From an uncultured Pseudomonadota bacterium (GTDB taxonomy: Bacteria; Pseudomonadota; Gammaproteobacteria; Comchoanobacterales; Comchoanobacteraceae): a DNA stretch of 64,000 nucleotides. Location: positions 6,225 through 70,224 of the forward strand of contig CAJVZW010000002.1 of NCBI GenBank assembly GCA_913020085.1, given 5' to 3'. This document shows positions 47,688 through 57,446 of this stretch, in pieces. Every line of letters begins with the position of its first letter. Positions within the stretch are counted from its first letter, which is position 1. Made by a program: the position numbers and the translations under genes. The notes under the pieces were generated by a model. That model ran no database searches. It was given only the letters and a program-made list of their open reading frames with translations, and was not told the origin of the DNA.

Positions 47688-48380
47688 CTATGGCTGGATA
47701 CGTGTTCCATCATAAGCAATGATATGACCATTGTCTTCGATGGTTAACTCGCCGATCACCTTGTAAAGATAAGAAGTGGCTTGCTCGGGTGTGAACAATT
47801 TTTCTGGTTTTACAAAACGCTTGAATGGAGCTGATAAATGACTATCTACAGTGCCTGGATGCAAACATACCGCAATTAAATTAGGGTGTGATCTTTTGTA
47901 TTCAATGCTTATATTGCGCCAAAGCATATGGAGTGCTGCTTTGGATGCACGATAGGAGTGCCAGCCCCCCAGGAAGTTATCACTTATACTCCCGACTCTT
48001 CCGCTGATTACTGCCAAGACGGAGCGAGTATCTTTCTGTAATTTATGCTCGATATGTTTTGCAATGAGTGCTGGGCCGAGTGCATTCATCGTCATAATAG
48101 AATGAAAGTTGTCTGATTTGAGTTGTTTAACTGCCTTTTCAGGCTGGATCGCATCGGTATATAAAATGCCTGTACATATAACTACAATATCAAGTGATAT
48201 ATCATCAGGGATAGTGCTAATTGCTTCTGAAATACTTTCTTCATCTGATAAATCGAAGGGTATTTCATCACTACTTTTTGGATTGCGGGAAAATTTATAT
48301 AAATTATTTGATTGGTAGTGCTTGCATAAGCCGTTGCCAACGGCGCCACTTGCACCAAATATTGCGATATTGAAGCTCAT
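47688..48380 (-). CDS. SDR-family oxidoreductase
   Basis: IAIFGASGAVGNGL is the TGxxxGxG-like motif and YRASKAAL is the YxxxK motif. The length is 230 aa. Confidence 0.75.
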   Translation of the reverse strand: MSFNIAIFGASGAVGNGLCKHYQSNNLYKFSRNPKSSDEIPFDLSDEESISEAISTIPDDISLDIVVICTGILYTDAIQPEKAVKQLKSDNFHSIMTMNALGPALIAKHIEHKLQKDTRSVLAVISGRVGSISDNFLGGWHSYRASKAALHMLWRNISIEYKRSHPNLIAVCLHPGTVDSHLSAPFKRFVKPEKLFTPEQATSYLYKVIGELTIEDNGHIIAYDGTRIQP

Positions 48381-48467
48381 AAGACATCCTTGGTGATTCC
48401 TTACAATTATAACCGCAAATGAGCTTCAATTCTTTATTTTGCCAAAGTAAGCAAAAATATATTTAGA

Positions 48468-48740
48468 TTAAAACTCTAATTTCATAACAACATCATCGAC
48501 ATCTGGGTATCTGACGTTGGCGTGATAACTAGGGTTGCTGTTTATTGCAGGTGGTGAGGTAGCTGGGGCACTGCTTGGAGGAGTGCTCGGAGTGCTCCCT
48601 TCATTAGAAAGTGCTAAAAGGCCTGCAACACTATTTGGGTCATGAGGCGGAAACAGTTCTTTAGAGATTGACTCTAAATGTGCCGGATTAAACTCCCGGG
48701 AAATTACAGGCTTACGTGGGGCATTAAGTAAATTTTCCAT
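48468..48740 (-). CDS. hypothetical small Pro/Ser/Thr-rich protein
   Basis: The ORF runs from MENLLNAPRK (the track opens earlier, at 48797). It carries a low-complexity [23 protein letters not shown] segment. It has no known family and its coding status is uncertain. Confidence 0.3.
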   Translation of the reverse strand: MENLLNAPRKPVISREFNPAHLESISKELFPPHDPNSVAGLLALSNEGSTPSTPPSSAPATSPPAINSNPSYHANVRYPDVDDVVMKLEF

Positions 48741-48919
48741 AAATTGTCTCTCAGGTCTATATAGTGCTAAATTAGCACATGTGCAAAACAATCGCAAATA
48801 TATTTTTAATTACTCAATTAAAGGTTGTTTTTAATATAAATTTCCTATTAATTACTCACCTTGACTGACCATTTGGGTTATTTTCAGCTATTTTTAATTA
48901 ATACCTGCGAGTTTCTATT

Positions 48920-49534
48920 ATGGGTCAAATAATAACCTTAACTGCTCCTTCCGGTGCCGGCAAAAGCACAATCTTAGGGCGTCTTAATTCTAAAAAGCTT
49001 TTTACTTTCTCTGTATCTGTTACCACCAGGGCGCCAAGAGAAGGGGAAGAGGATGGTGTGGATTATTATTTTGTTAGCGAGGAAAAATTTCATTCTTTAC
49101 TGAGTGAGGGAAAGTTTTTAGAAACCGCAATTGTTCACGGAAATTTTTATGGGACATTGTTTTCTGAAGTTGATCAGATTTTGAGTACTGATGCGACATT
49201 ATTACTGGAATTAAACCCAGAGGGCGCATCAAATGCTAAAGCGTACTATCCAACGTCAGTAGCCATTATGATTTTGCCGCCTTCTTATGAGCTACTCTCT
49301 GAGCGACTTAAAGGGCGAGCAACCGATAGTGTGCAAGTGGTACAAAAGCGACTATCTGCTGCTCGAGGTGAGATTAAATGGGGCATTGATAATGCAGATT
49401 ATTTTATAATAAATGCGCAGCTTGATCAGGCGGTTGAAGATTTTGAGAATATTATCAACATAATTAAGTGTAAACATTCTGTTTTTGTTGAAAATAATAA
49501 GAAATATCTGGAAGAACTTACAAATATTATGTAA
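48920..49534 (+). CDS. gmk: guanylate kinase
   Basis: The P-loop is LTAPSGAGKSTI. TTRAPREGEEDGVDYYFVS is also present. Confidence 0.92.
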   Translation: MGQIITLTAPSGAGKSTILGRLNSKKLFTFSVSVTTRAPREGEEDGVDYYFVSEEKFHSLLSEGKFLETAIVHGNFYGTLFSEVDQILSTDATLLLELNPEGASNAKAYYPTSVAIMILPPSYELLSERLKGRATDSVQVVQKRLSAARGEIKWGIDNADYFIINAQLDQAVEDFENIINIIKCKHSVFVENNKKYLEELTNIM

Positions 49535-49564
49535 AATGACTCACCGATCAATAGAGAAAACCAT

Positions 49565-49813
49565 ATGGCACGAATTACAATTGAAGATTGTCTTAAAACA
49601 AGAAACAATAATCGTTTTGATATTATAATTGAAGCATCTAAAAGGGCACGTCAGATTTTAGAGGGTTCTGAGCCTAGGGTTAATGTACGGAATGATAAAC
49701 CGCCAGTGATTGCGCTCAGAGAAATTGCAGATTCAACCACTCCCACGCATGAGGTCAGTGAGCCGGATTCCCCGTTTTTTGACTCTCAGATGGAAGAAAG
49801 CACCGAAGAGTAG
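49565..49813 (+). CDS. rpoZ: DNA-directed RNA polymerase subunit omega
   Basis: [26 protein letters not shown] is present, and gmk-rpoZ-spoT synteny supports the call. Confidence 0.92.
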   Translation: MARITIEDCLKTRNNNRFDIIIEASKRARQILEGSEPRVNVRNDKPPVIALREIADSTTPTHEVSEPDSPFFDSQMEESTEE

Positions 49814-49815
49814 AT

Positions 49816-51927
49816 GTGAACTTGAGTCAAGCCACCTACGATGAATTAGAAAAACGCTTGACTTACTTAAGCGCTCAACAGTTACAAGTTGTTTATCAGG
49901 CATACACCTTAGCCGACAAAGCCCATAAAGAGCAAAAGCGCGCATCTGGAGAGCCCTATATTTCCCACCCTCTCGCAGTTGCGTGTATATTGGCAGATAT
50001 AAAATTGGATTACCTAAGTATTGTTGCGGGATTACTTCATGATACGATTGAGGATACCAAGATCACAAAGGAAGTAATTAGGGTTCAGTTTGGTGATATC
50101 GTTGCTAACTTAGTGGATGGACTTAGCAAACTATTGAGTTTGTCTTTTACTTCAGACCTTGATAAACAGGCGCAGAATTTCCGAAAGATGGTGTTGGCAA
50201 TGTCAACAGACATCAGGGTAATTATAATTAAGCTGGCGGATCGATTGCATAATATGCGTACAATCGGCGTATTAAAACGAAGTAAGCAGCAGCGGATTGC
50301 TCGAGAAACTCTCGAGATTTACGCACCAATTGCGAAGCGTTTGGGGATGCATGATATAGCACTTGAGCTTGAAGATAGAGGATTTTGCTGTATGTACCCT
50401 TCCCGGTACCGTGTGCTCAAGGATGCTATAAAACACGTTCAGGGTCGTGATAAACAAATTTTAAATGAGATAAAAAACACGTTTCAACGCAGTTTGATGA
50501 AAGACAATGTTACTTTTAATACAATTGTTGGTCGGGAAAAGCACATATATAGTATTTACCGAAAGATGAAAAGTAAACGACTGACTTTTTCAGATTTAAC
50601 TGACGTATATGGTTTTCGAATAATTGTTGATTCCAGGGATGCTTGCTATAGAACACTTGGTGCTGTTCATGCGATATATAAGCCCATTCCCACTCGATTT
50701 AAAGATTATATTTCACTGCCCAAGCCAAATGGCTATCAATCTCTCCACACGGTGCTTTTTGGGCCTCACGGGGTGCCAATGGAAGTGCAGATTCGCACAT
50801 TAGAGATGGATCGTTTGGCTAATTTTGGTATTGCAGCACATTGGCTTTATAAGACCAGTGATGGGGATGATTTAAACCAAGTGAAGCAGCATGCATGGCT
50901 TAAGGGTCTTATTGAGGTTCAGAAAAGAACGGGTTCTTCGGAAGAATTCCTGGAAAACGTGAAGGTCGATTTGTTTCCCGATGAGGTGTATGTCTTTACG
51001 CCAAGAGGTGATATTGTTGAGCTGCCCAGTGGTGCAACAGTTTTGGATCTTGCCTATGCGATTCATACTGATGTAGGGCATCAAGCGGTTGTTGCGAAGG
51101 TAGATCGACAGTTCGCTTCCTTATCTGCAAAACTAAAAAGTGGTCAGACTGTAGAGGTGATAACAAGCCCAAATAATCAGCCAACAAAGAATTGGTTGGA
51201 TATTGTTCAAACAGGCAAAGCAAAATCTGGAATCAAACATTTTCTGCGAACCAGACATCGAGAGTCTTTGATTATTCTTGGTGGCCGCATTCTTAAAAAA
51301 GCCATGGTTGAGTCTGGAATTGACATGGATGATCTTGATGATAAGGCCTGGGCCAAAATCACTAAGAAAACAGAAGTTAAAACCAAGGATGATGTTTTAC
51401 ACGATATTGCACTTGGAATGAGGACAACAAGTGAAGTTATTGCACTTTATCTTGATACCAAAGAAGAGGACCCTCCAAAAGACATTCCGCTTAGTATTCA
51501 TGGTTCTGAGGGAATGGCAGTGGAATATGCCAGTTGTTGTTATCCTGTCCCAGGTGATGCGATTACCGGAATATTACGTGTGGGGAAAGGTGTAGTTGTC
51601 CATCAATCGACGTGTCCCCAGCTGCTAAAGGCCATTAGATCTAAAAGTCAGGTAATGTCTGTTAGCTGGGCGGATAATATCGTCGGGGAATATCGAGTAA
51701 ACCTTCAGGTGGAAACACTCAACCAGCGGGGCGTGCTTGCAATGATGGCTTTGGCTGTTTCAGATGCGAAGGCAAATATTGATGATATTGTCGTTGAAAA
51801 TCATACTGAACAGCATGCGGTTGTTATATTAAAGTTGAAAGTCACCGATAAAGCTCAGCTGATGAGTGTTATCCGGCGTATTGAGCGTGTTAAATTGGTT
51901 ATGAATGTAAAGAGGCATCCCGTATGA
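49816..51927 (+). CDS. spoT: bifunctional (p)ppGpp synthetase II / pyrophosphohydrolase SpoT
   Basis: The HD domain reads HPLAVACILA...LLHDTIEDT. The synthetase region reads YGFRIIV...GYQSLHT. TGS and ACT regions are present. The length is 703 aa with a GTG start. Confidence 0.93.
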   Translation: MNLSQATYDELEKRLTYLSAQQLQVVYQAYTLADKAHKEQKRASGEPYISHPLAVACILADIKLDYLSIVAGLLHDTIEDTKITKEVIRVQFGDIVANLVDGLSKLLSLSFTSDLDKQAQNFRKMVLAMSTDIRVIIIKLADRLHNMRTIGVLKRSKQQRIARETLEIYAPIAKRLGMHDIALELEDRGFCCMYPSRYRVLKDAIKHVQGRDKQILNEIKNTFQRSLMKDNVTFNTIVGREKHIYSIYRKMKSKRLTFSDLTDVYGFRIIVDSRDACYRTLGAVHAIYKPIPTRFKDYISLPKPNGYQSLHTVLFGPHGVPMEVQIRTLEMDRLANFGIAAHWLYKTSDGDDLNQVKQHAWLKGLIEVQKRTGSSEEFLENVKVDLFPDEVYVFTPRGDIVELPSGATVLDLAYAIHTDVGHQAVVAKVDRQFASLSAKLKSGQTVEVITSPNNQPTKNWLDIVQTGKAKSGIKHFLRTRHRESLIILGGRILKKAMVESGIDMDDLDDKAWAKITKKTEVKTKDDVLHDIALGMRTTSEVIALYLDTKEEDPPKDIPLSIHGSEGMAVEYASCCYPVPGDAITGILRVGKGVVVHQSTCPQLLKAIRSKSQVMSVSWADNIVGEYRVNLQVETLNQRGVLAMMALAVSDAKANIDDIVVENHTEQHAVVILKLKVTDKAQLMSVIRRIERVKLVMNVKRHPV

Positions 51928-53063
51928 GTTCGATTGTTGTTATTGGATCAGGGTTGGCAGGATATGTGTTTGTAAAAGAGTTGCGTAAGCTTTCATCACA
52001 AGCAATTACATTACTTACCCAAGATACGGGTGAATATTATCCCAAGCCGTCACTTTCTCATGCCAAAAGACAGAATAAATCGCCCGATCAGTTGGTAATG
52101 GCAGACGCTCAAAAGATGGCTAAAGACCTTAATATTGAAGTTATAACTCAGTGTGAGGTTACATCCATTGAGCCCTCAAATCGTCGGGTTGTGACTGTGC
52201 AGGGCAGTTTTAGTTACGATAAGCTGGTTCTTGCATTGGGAGCGAGCCCAATTTTTCCGCAAGCGATCACTTATGATAAATTACCCATGGTGGTTAATAA
52301 TCTCACCGATTACAGAGAATTTGTAAATAATATAACTGAAGAGGCTAAGGTGGGTGTTTTGGGTGCCGGCTTAATTGGAACTGAATTCGCATATGATTTG
52401 TCAGGACGAAATCAGTCAATTAAATGGATTTTCTCGGAGCCTTGGCCGTTGTCTCGATTTGTGCCAAAGCCGGTAGGCGATTGGCTGAAGGAAAATATGG
52501 CTCAGCTTGGTATCAGCCCTATCAATGAACAAGTGCTGGCGGTATCTGATAGTAAAAGCTCGGGGTATACCGTTAAGACAGATAAGGGTGAGTATGATGT
52601 TGATATGCTCTTGCAGGCATTTGGAATCGCCCCCTGTATTGATTTAGCTCGCGAAGCAAAAATTAGATGTAATAGAGGGATTTTGACAGATCGTACTCTA
52701 AGAACCTCTGATGAGAATATTTATGCACTGGGTGATTGTGCTGAGGTAGACGGTATTGTTCTGCAGTATGTAATGCCGCTAAGGATTCAGGCACAAACAT
52801 TGGCAAAAACGTTATCTGGTCAGGAAGATATAGTAGCTTATCCGGCGATGACGACTCTTGTCAAAACCCCTCTGACGCCTGTTGCTTTTTCATTGCCTCC
52901 TATAGGGGAGGGAAACTGGGTTATCGAGCAGAGCAGCTCGGAGGGCGTTGTGGCAATGTACATGATCAATGGGGAAAAGGCGGGTTTTGCTCTTGCTGGT
53001 GAGTGTGCAAAGATGCGTACTTCTTTGGTTCGATCGCTGCCTAGCTGGACCAGTTCTCAATGA
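51924..53063 (+). CDS. FAD/NAD(P)-dependent pyridine nucleotide-disulfide oxidoreductase (rubredoxin reductase-like)
   Basis: Two dinucleotide folds are present, VVIGSGLAGY and VGVLGAGLIGTEFA. IYALGDCAEV is also present. The length is 379 aa. Confidence 0.65.
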   Translation: MSSIVVIGSGLAGYVFVKELRKLSSQAITLLTQDTGEYYPKPSLSHAKRQNKSPDQLVMADAQKMAKDLNIEVITQCEVTSIEPSNRRVVTVQGSFSYDKLVLALGASPIFPQAITYDKLPMVVNNLTDYREFVNNITEEAKVGVLGAGLIGTEFAYDLSGRNQSIKWIFSEPWPLSRFVPKPVGDWLKENMAQLGISPINEQVLAVSDSKSSGYTVKTDKGEYDVDMLLQAFGIAPCIDLAREAKIRCNRGILTDRTLRTSDENIYALGDCAEVDGIVLQYVMPLRIQAQTLAKTLSGQEDIVAYPAMTTLVKTPLTPVAFSLPPIGEGNWVIEQSSSEGVVAMYMINGEKAGFALAGECAKMRTSLVRSLPSWTSSQ

Positions 53064-53853
53064 GCTGAACAACATGATTAAGCGTTTGTCCGCTGATATC
53101 ATTATTTGGATTAAATTCTGTAATCTCAACGGCAATAGGGGCCAATTGGTTGCTTTGCCAAAACTTAAGAAAACTACCGAAATCTATCCCGCCGTAACTT
53201 GGTGTGCTTACACCTGGCATTTGAAGTGGATCAAATACATTGATATCTAAACTGACTCCATAGCCGAAGGGGCACTGCTCTGCTACCTCAATGGCTTCCC
53301 GCATAACCAAATTAATGCCGCGTGAGTTAACCTCATCTGCTGTAAATACTTTGATGTTATTATCTTTTACCAGTTGTATTTCATTTTCTTTATCGTCACG
53401 AACCCCTACATATACAAAATAGCGGGGGTCTATTTTTTGGCCTTTGCCACCAATCTCGGCTAATCGTTTATCACCGAAACCCATAAGATTTGCGACCGGC
53501 ATATTATATGCACAATTTTTCGTTTGATTTATCTCATAATTTAAGTGTGAATCAATCCATATCATCCCGATAGGCCCCTTTTGAAAAAGAGAAGCGCCAC
53601 TCCATGTGCCAAATGCACTGCTATGATCTGCACTGACAACAATACAGGCGGCGCCAGAACTTAGGTACAAATGAGTTAATTGGCATAGTTTTTGATTGAG
53701 CTGGATGACATTATCGATTGTGTCTTGCTTCTCAGGATATAGAAAGTCCCACTGATAATCTTTCTCGAGCTGAGATTCTATAACAATAGGGCCATGATTT
53801 GCATAAATGTCAGGTCCTGCGCCTGAAAAGCAGTAGCCAATAAAGTGCTGCAT
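53041..53853 (-). CDS. arginase/ureohydrolase-fold protein with non-canonical metal ligands
   Basis: The family motifs are recognisable but altered. SADHSSAFG replaces GGDHS. IWIDSHLNY replaces DAHxD. VGVRD is present. VSLDINVFDP replaces SxDxDxxDP. VEITEFNPNND is present. Confidence 0.65.
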   Translation of the reverse strand: MQHFIGYCFSGAGPDIYANHGPIVIESQLEKDYQWDFLYPEKQDTIDNVIQLNQKLCQLTHLYLSSGAACIVVSADHSSAFGTWSGASLFQKGPIGMIWIDSHLNYEINQTKNCAYNMPVANLMGFGDKRLAEIGGKGQKIDPRYFVYVGVRDDKENEIQLVKDNNIKVFTADEVNSRGINLVMREAIEVAEQCPFGYGVSLDINVFDPLQMPGVSTPSYGGIDFGSFLKFWQSNQLAPIAVEITEFNPNNDISGQTLNHVVQLIENWSS

Positions 53854-53920
53854 GTTTTTGTGTCCAACTTGAGTGACAAGTGATATTATAGGACATAATG
53901 AGCCCAGGAAAAAAGCTTAA

Positions 53921-55000
53921 ATGACAGTAAATTATCGCTCAATCATGCCCAAGGCAGTGACGCCGATAATGCAGAAATTGCATCAGGCAGGCTTTCGTGT
54001 GTTTATTGTGGGTGGATTTGTGCGCGATGCGATGCTCAATAAAAGACCCAAAGACGTCGATTTAGTCACTGATGCCCAAATTGATAGGATTCTTGAGATT
54101 TTCGGCAGAAAAAGTAGACGCATTGGCAGGCGATTCCCCATTGTGCACGTAGATATAGGGGGAAATAATGTTGTTGAGATTTCATCATTCCCAAAGCCTA
54201 ATTGGTCAAGTAAATGGCTTGAGTCAAAGGATAATCAGCAGCTTAAGATGTTATCAGCAGATGCTAAGCGACGTGACTTTTCAATCAATGCAATGTATGT
54301 GCAATATCCGAGCTACAAGTTATATGACCCACTTGCTGGTAAGGCAGCACTTGATCGCAAAATGATTGAAGTTATTGGTGATATGCACGTACGTTATGAT
54401 GAGGATCCTGTTAGGTTGATTAGGGCGATCAGGTTAGAGGCGAAATTAGGATTCTCTCAGCAGCAAGGTTTTATGGCCTGCCTGAGGAAGAAAAAGAGAA
54501 ATCTTGGACTTATCAGTCAGCAGAGATTATTTTTAGAGTTTATGAAGCTTATGCAAAATGAGCACACCGCCAAAAGTCTCAAGTTACTTCTTAATTATCG
54601 AATAATTCATTTATTTATTGATCTGCCCTCAAATGAAAGTGTCTATTTTAAAAAATTCACAAAAGCATACTCAGATTTAGCCCTGCAAGGGAGATACCAA
54701 AGTGCCAGTCTTCTTTTTGCAGGATTGCTATGGATCATTATCAAGCCAGAGATCGGGGGTACCAGGCAGTCTGATCAGAATAAACTGGATCTTCCAAGGT
54801 ACTTAACACGATTGCTTCAGCATCATCTAAAAGTTCAGGTTCCCAGACGACTTCAAGAGATGGCCGCATCAATTTGGTTAATGATTTTGCTGGTCGAGGC
54901 AGATGCTTTACCTCAGGCGCAGCTTGAAAATATGCCGCTTTATAGTAAGGCAAAATTTATCTTATCGATATATCATGAATTTTTGACTCAAGATAAATAA
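53921..55000 (+). CDS. pcnB: poly(A) polymerase I (PcnB-type nucleotidyltransferase)
   Basis: IVGGFVRDAMLNKRPKDVDLVT, IGRRFPIVHV..VVEISSF and RRDFSINAMY parallel E. coli PcnB. At 359 aa it is on the short side. Confidence 0.75.
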   Translation: MTVNYRSIMPKAVTPIMQKLHQAGFRVFIVGGFVRDAMLNKRPKDVDLVTDAQIDRILEIFGRKSRRIGRRFPIVHVDIGGNNVVEISSFPKPNWSSKWLESKDNQQLKMLSADAKRRDFSINAMYVQYPSYKLYDPLAGKAALDRKMIEVIGDMHVRYDEDPVRLIRAIRLEAKLGFSQQQGFMACLRKKKRNLGLISQQRLFLEFMKLMQNEHTAKSLKLLLNYRIIHLFIDLPSNESVYFKKFTKAYSDLALQGRYQSASLLFAGLLWIIIKPEIGGTRQSDQNKLDLPRYLTRLLQHHLKVQVPRRLQEMAASIWLMILLVEADALPQAQLENMPLYSKAKFILSIYHEFLTQDK

Positions 55001-55004
55001 TTAC

Positions 55005-55052
55005 TTGTGATTACAATAAGTAGTCGTTATAATGCAAATGATAATAGTTCTC
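55005..55052 (+). promoter_or_regulatory. candidate sigma70 promoter plus Fur box for feoABC
   Basis: TTGTGA (55005-55010), a 17-nt spacer, then TATAAT (55028-55033). GCAAATGATAATAGTTCTC (55034-55052) follows immediately and matches 14 of 19 positions of the Fur consensus GATAATGATAATCATTATC. Confidence 0.5.
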
Positions 55053-55061
55053 ATTAAGCGC

Positions 55062-55250
55062 ATGTATAAAATTACCGGATATCATACAAAAGACAACCAG
55101 CTAATTAGTGCATACATCTCTCAGGGATTGGTTCCTGGGGTATCTTTTATGATCGACCGTCAATCGAGGGATTGCGTGATTGTGAACGTTGATGGGCACT
55201 CTGTAGCATTGCGTTTGGATGAGTTCCGGGGAATAAGCTGTGAGTCATAA
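55062..55250 (+). CDS. feoA: ferrous iron transport protein FeoA
   Basis: It has an SH3-like FeoA pattern: LISAYISQGLVPGVSFMIDRQ..VIVNVDGHSVALRLDE. I prefer the ATG at 55062 over the track start at 55032 because the latter lies inside the putative -10/Fur box. Confidence 0.75.
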   Translation: MYKITGYHTKDNQLISAYISQGLVPGVSFMIDRQSRDCVIVNVDGHSVALRLDEFRGISCES

Positions 55251-57225
55251 TGTTATCATTGTTGGTAACGCAAATGTGGGCAAAACAACATTATACAATC
55301 AGTTAACCCATTCAAAAGAGCATGTGGGTAACTGGTCAGGTGTTACATCAAGTTCTGTCTCATCTCATTGGGTAGAAAATCAAAATATTAAAATCTTTGA
55401 CACACCTGGTTTATTTAATTTACATGAGCCATGTCAAAGTATCGGATCACTTTATCGATGGATTCTCAAAAACAACGCTTCTAAGATTATTCAAGTAATT
55501 AGCGTCAGGCATCTAAAGAGAGACCTATGCCTTACACAGCAGCTGACTTCATTGCGCATACCGGTCTGTTTGGTATTTAATGATTTAGATGCAAAGGTGC
55601 CTATTGACGCCATAAAAAAACATGTAGGCGAATTTTTCAGTATGCCTTGTATCGATTTTGAGAATAATCGCCTTATAAACCAATTTATCGGCCAGCGGGA
55701 TATAGATCTCAGTCAGCAATATCAGGCTGATGGATCACTCGATCTTGAGGCTGAGCAACAATTAGATTCTAACCATGATAATAATTTATTGGCAATACTA
55801 GAAAAACGATACACGGTTGCTCATGAGCTTGCCTCAAAAGTGAGCATTGCTTACGCTAAACCCGCCTTAAGTAAGTTTTTTGATCGTCCGGTCATATTGG
55901 CTGCGAGCTTCGTGCTTATTATATTTGCTATTTTTTCATTGAGCGTGGGCATTGGAGGTGTTTTATCTGCTGTACTGCATGAGTTTTTCTCGATGATATT
56001 GATCGCTCCAGCACATATTTTGTCTGATAAATTTCTTTCCCTGTGTTTGGTTGGATTTGGAGTAGGGGTCCAATTATTAGGAGATTTTTTCTTTCCGTTA
56101 TTACTGTTGTATTTTTTCTTGAGATGGATGGAAGAGTCAGGCTTTTCTGCACGATCTGCGTTAATGATGGATAAGTTCTTTAGAAGACTTGGTTTATCTG
56201 GTAAAACTTTTTTACCCCTTTTAATGGGGCTAGGATGTAATGTGCCTGCTATTGCAGCAACAAGGATGCTTCCTGAGGGGGAGAGGATAAAGGCAGCCAT
56301 GATGCTTCCATTTATGACCTGTAGCGCAAGACTCACAACATATTTGGCCATGTCAGCAGTATATTTTCCGCGATCGGGTCCATGGGTGATTTTCTCGCTT
56401 TATTTGATGGGCTTTTTAACCGCCTTTTTGACAGCATTTATTGCTAAGAAGCAGAGAGTTCTTGGGGCGCAGCCACCACTTGTTATGGCAATTCCCAGGC
56501 TTAAGTTTAAGCCAAAATTGCGATATTTAAATGATGCATTATCGCAAGCTCTTAGTTTTGTTAAAGAGGCAGCAATTATTGTTATTCCAGGCTCAATCAT
56601 CCTGCATTTGTTGCTTGCTTTAGTACAGGACCAAAGTGAACTATTCAAAAGTTTTATCCTAAGTTTTTTTACCATGTTTGATTATTCTTCCAATCAATTC
56701 CCTGCTGCTTTTGGGATTATTGCTGGGCTACTAGCGAAAGAAATGGTTATCACAACAATGATAGCCTCCAATTCCAGTATGGTAATTGCTAAGCTGCCGC
56801 TAGGGTTATACGATTTTGGTGTGCGGTTATATGATGTTTTTGCAAGTGCTTTAGGCGATTATTTGACTATTTTGCTGCAGCCATCACAGGCACTTGGTGT
56901 TCATGCAATTAATGAGGCCTTGGTGGGTGTTTTTGCTAATTCAGCCCAGGCAATGAGTTTCCTTGTTTTTATTGCGCTTTATTTCCCATGTATTTCAACC
57001 ATTGGTGTGCTTAAGCGGGTGATAGGTGTCAAGAAAACCTCTCTAATTGTTTTATGGTCGATATTTATCGCATATATAGGCGCTTGGTTAGTATACCGGT
57101 CACTCTTACTTGATCTTGTCTCACTTTTTTACTTTATGATTGTTGCTTCATTAATCCCGCTAGGTATTTTTATTAAAAATAGAATGGTGAATATAAAAAC
57201 ACTACTATGGGGGGAGTACTCATGA
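55240..57225 (+). CDS. feoB: ferrous iron transporter FeoB
   Basis: The N-terminal G-domain reads VIIVGNANVGKTTLYNQLT and DTPG, followed by a polytopic membrane domain. The length is 661 aa. The GTG start overlaps the feoA end. Confidence 0.9.
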   Translation: MSHNVIIVGNANVGKTTLYNQLTHSKEHVGNWSGVTSSSVSSHWVENQNIKIFDTPGLFNLHEPCQSIGSLYRWILKNNASKIIQVISVRHLKRDLCLTQQLTSLRIPVCLVFNDLDAKVPIDAIKKHVGEFFSMPCIDFENNRLINQFIGQRDIDLSQQYQADGSLDLEAEQQLDSNHDNNLLAILEKRYTVAHELASKVSIAYAKPALSKFFDRPVILAASFVLIIFAIFSLSVGIGGVLSAVLHEFFSMILIAPAHILSDKFLSLCLVGFGVGVQLLGDFFFPLLLLYFFLRWMEESGFSARSALMMDKFFRRLGLSGKTFLPLLMGLGCNVPAIAATRMLPEGERIKAAMMLPFMTCSARLTTYLAMSAVYFPRSGPWVIFSLYLMGFLTAFLTAFIAKKQRVLGAQPPLVMAIPRLKFKPKLRYLNDALSQALSFVKEAAIIVIPGSIILHLLLALVQDQSELFKSFILSFFTMFDYSSNQFPAAFGIIAGLLAKEMVITTMIASNSSMVIAKLPLGLYDFGVRLYDVFASALGDYLTILLQPSQALGVHAINEALVGVFANSAQAMSFLVFIALYFPCISTIGVLKRVIGVKKTSLIVLWSIFIAYIGAWLVYRSLLLDLVSLFYFMIVASLIPLGIFIKNRMVNIKTLLWGEYS

Positions 57226-57446
57226 GTCCACTTTTAACTCCTCTTACATTTAAAGATTACTTAAAGACAGAAAAAAAGGTCACTAAGAAACATCTTTTAA
57301 ACCATTACCAAGTTGATAGAAAGATGCTGGAGCAGATTTTAGAATTTTGGAGTGCTCGGGGTATGATCATAATATTGAATGACGGTTGTAATACATGCTC
57401 TGGTTGTTATTCAAGTGAAACGGTTGTGGAGAGTCAGTTTGATTAA
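57222..57446 (+). CDS. feoC: FeoC-like winged-helix protein
   Basis: About 74 aa with an ATGA overlap with the feoB stop. It has a C-terminal Cys cluster (GCNTCSGC), as in FeoC. Confidence 0.6.
   Translation: MSPLLTPLTFKDYLKTEKKVTKKHLLNHYQVDRKMLEQILEFWSARGMIIILNDGCNTCSGCYSSETVVESQFD

Noticed and set aside
55851-56351. A 166-aa minus-strand ORF inside feoB, together with the 55928..56152 and 56400..56675 ORFs.
   Set aside because: These are antisense to the conserved FeoB membrane domain. Long antisense ORFs are expected by chance opposite codon-biased membrane genes, and no motifs support them.
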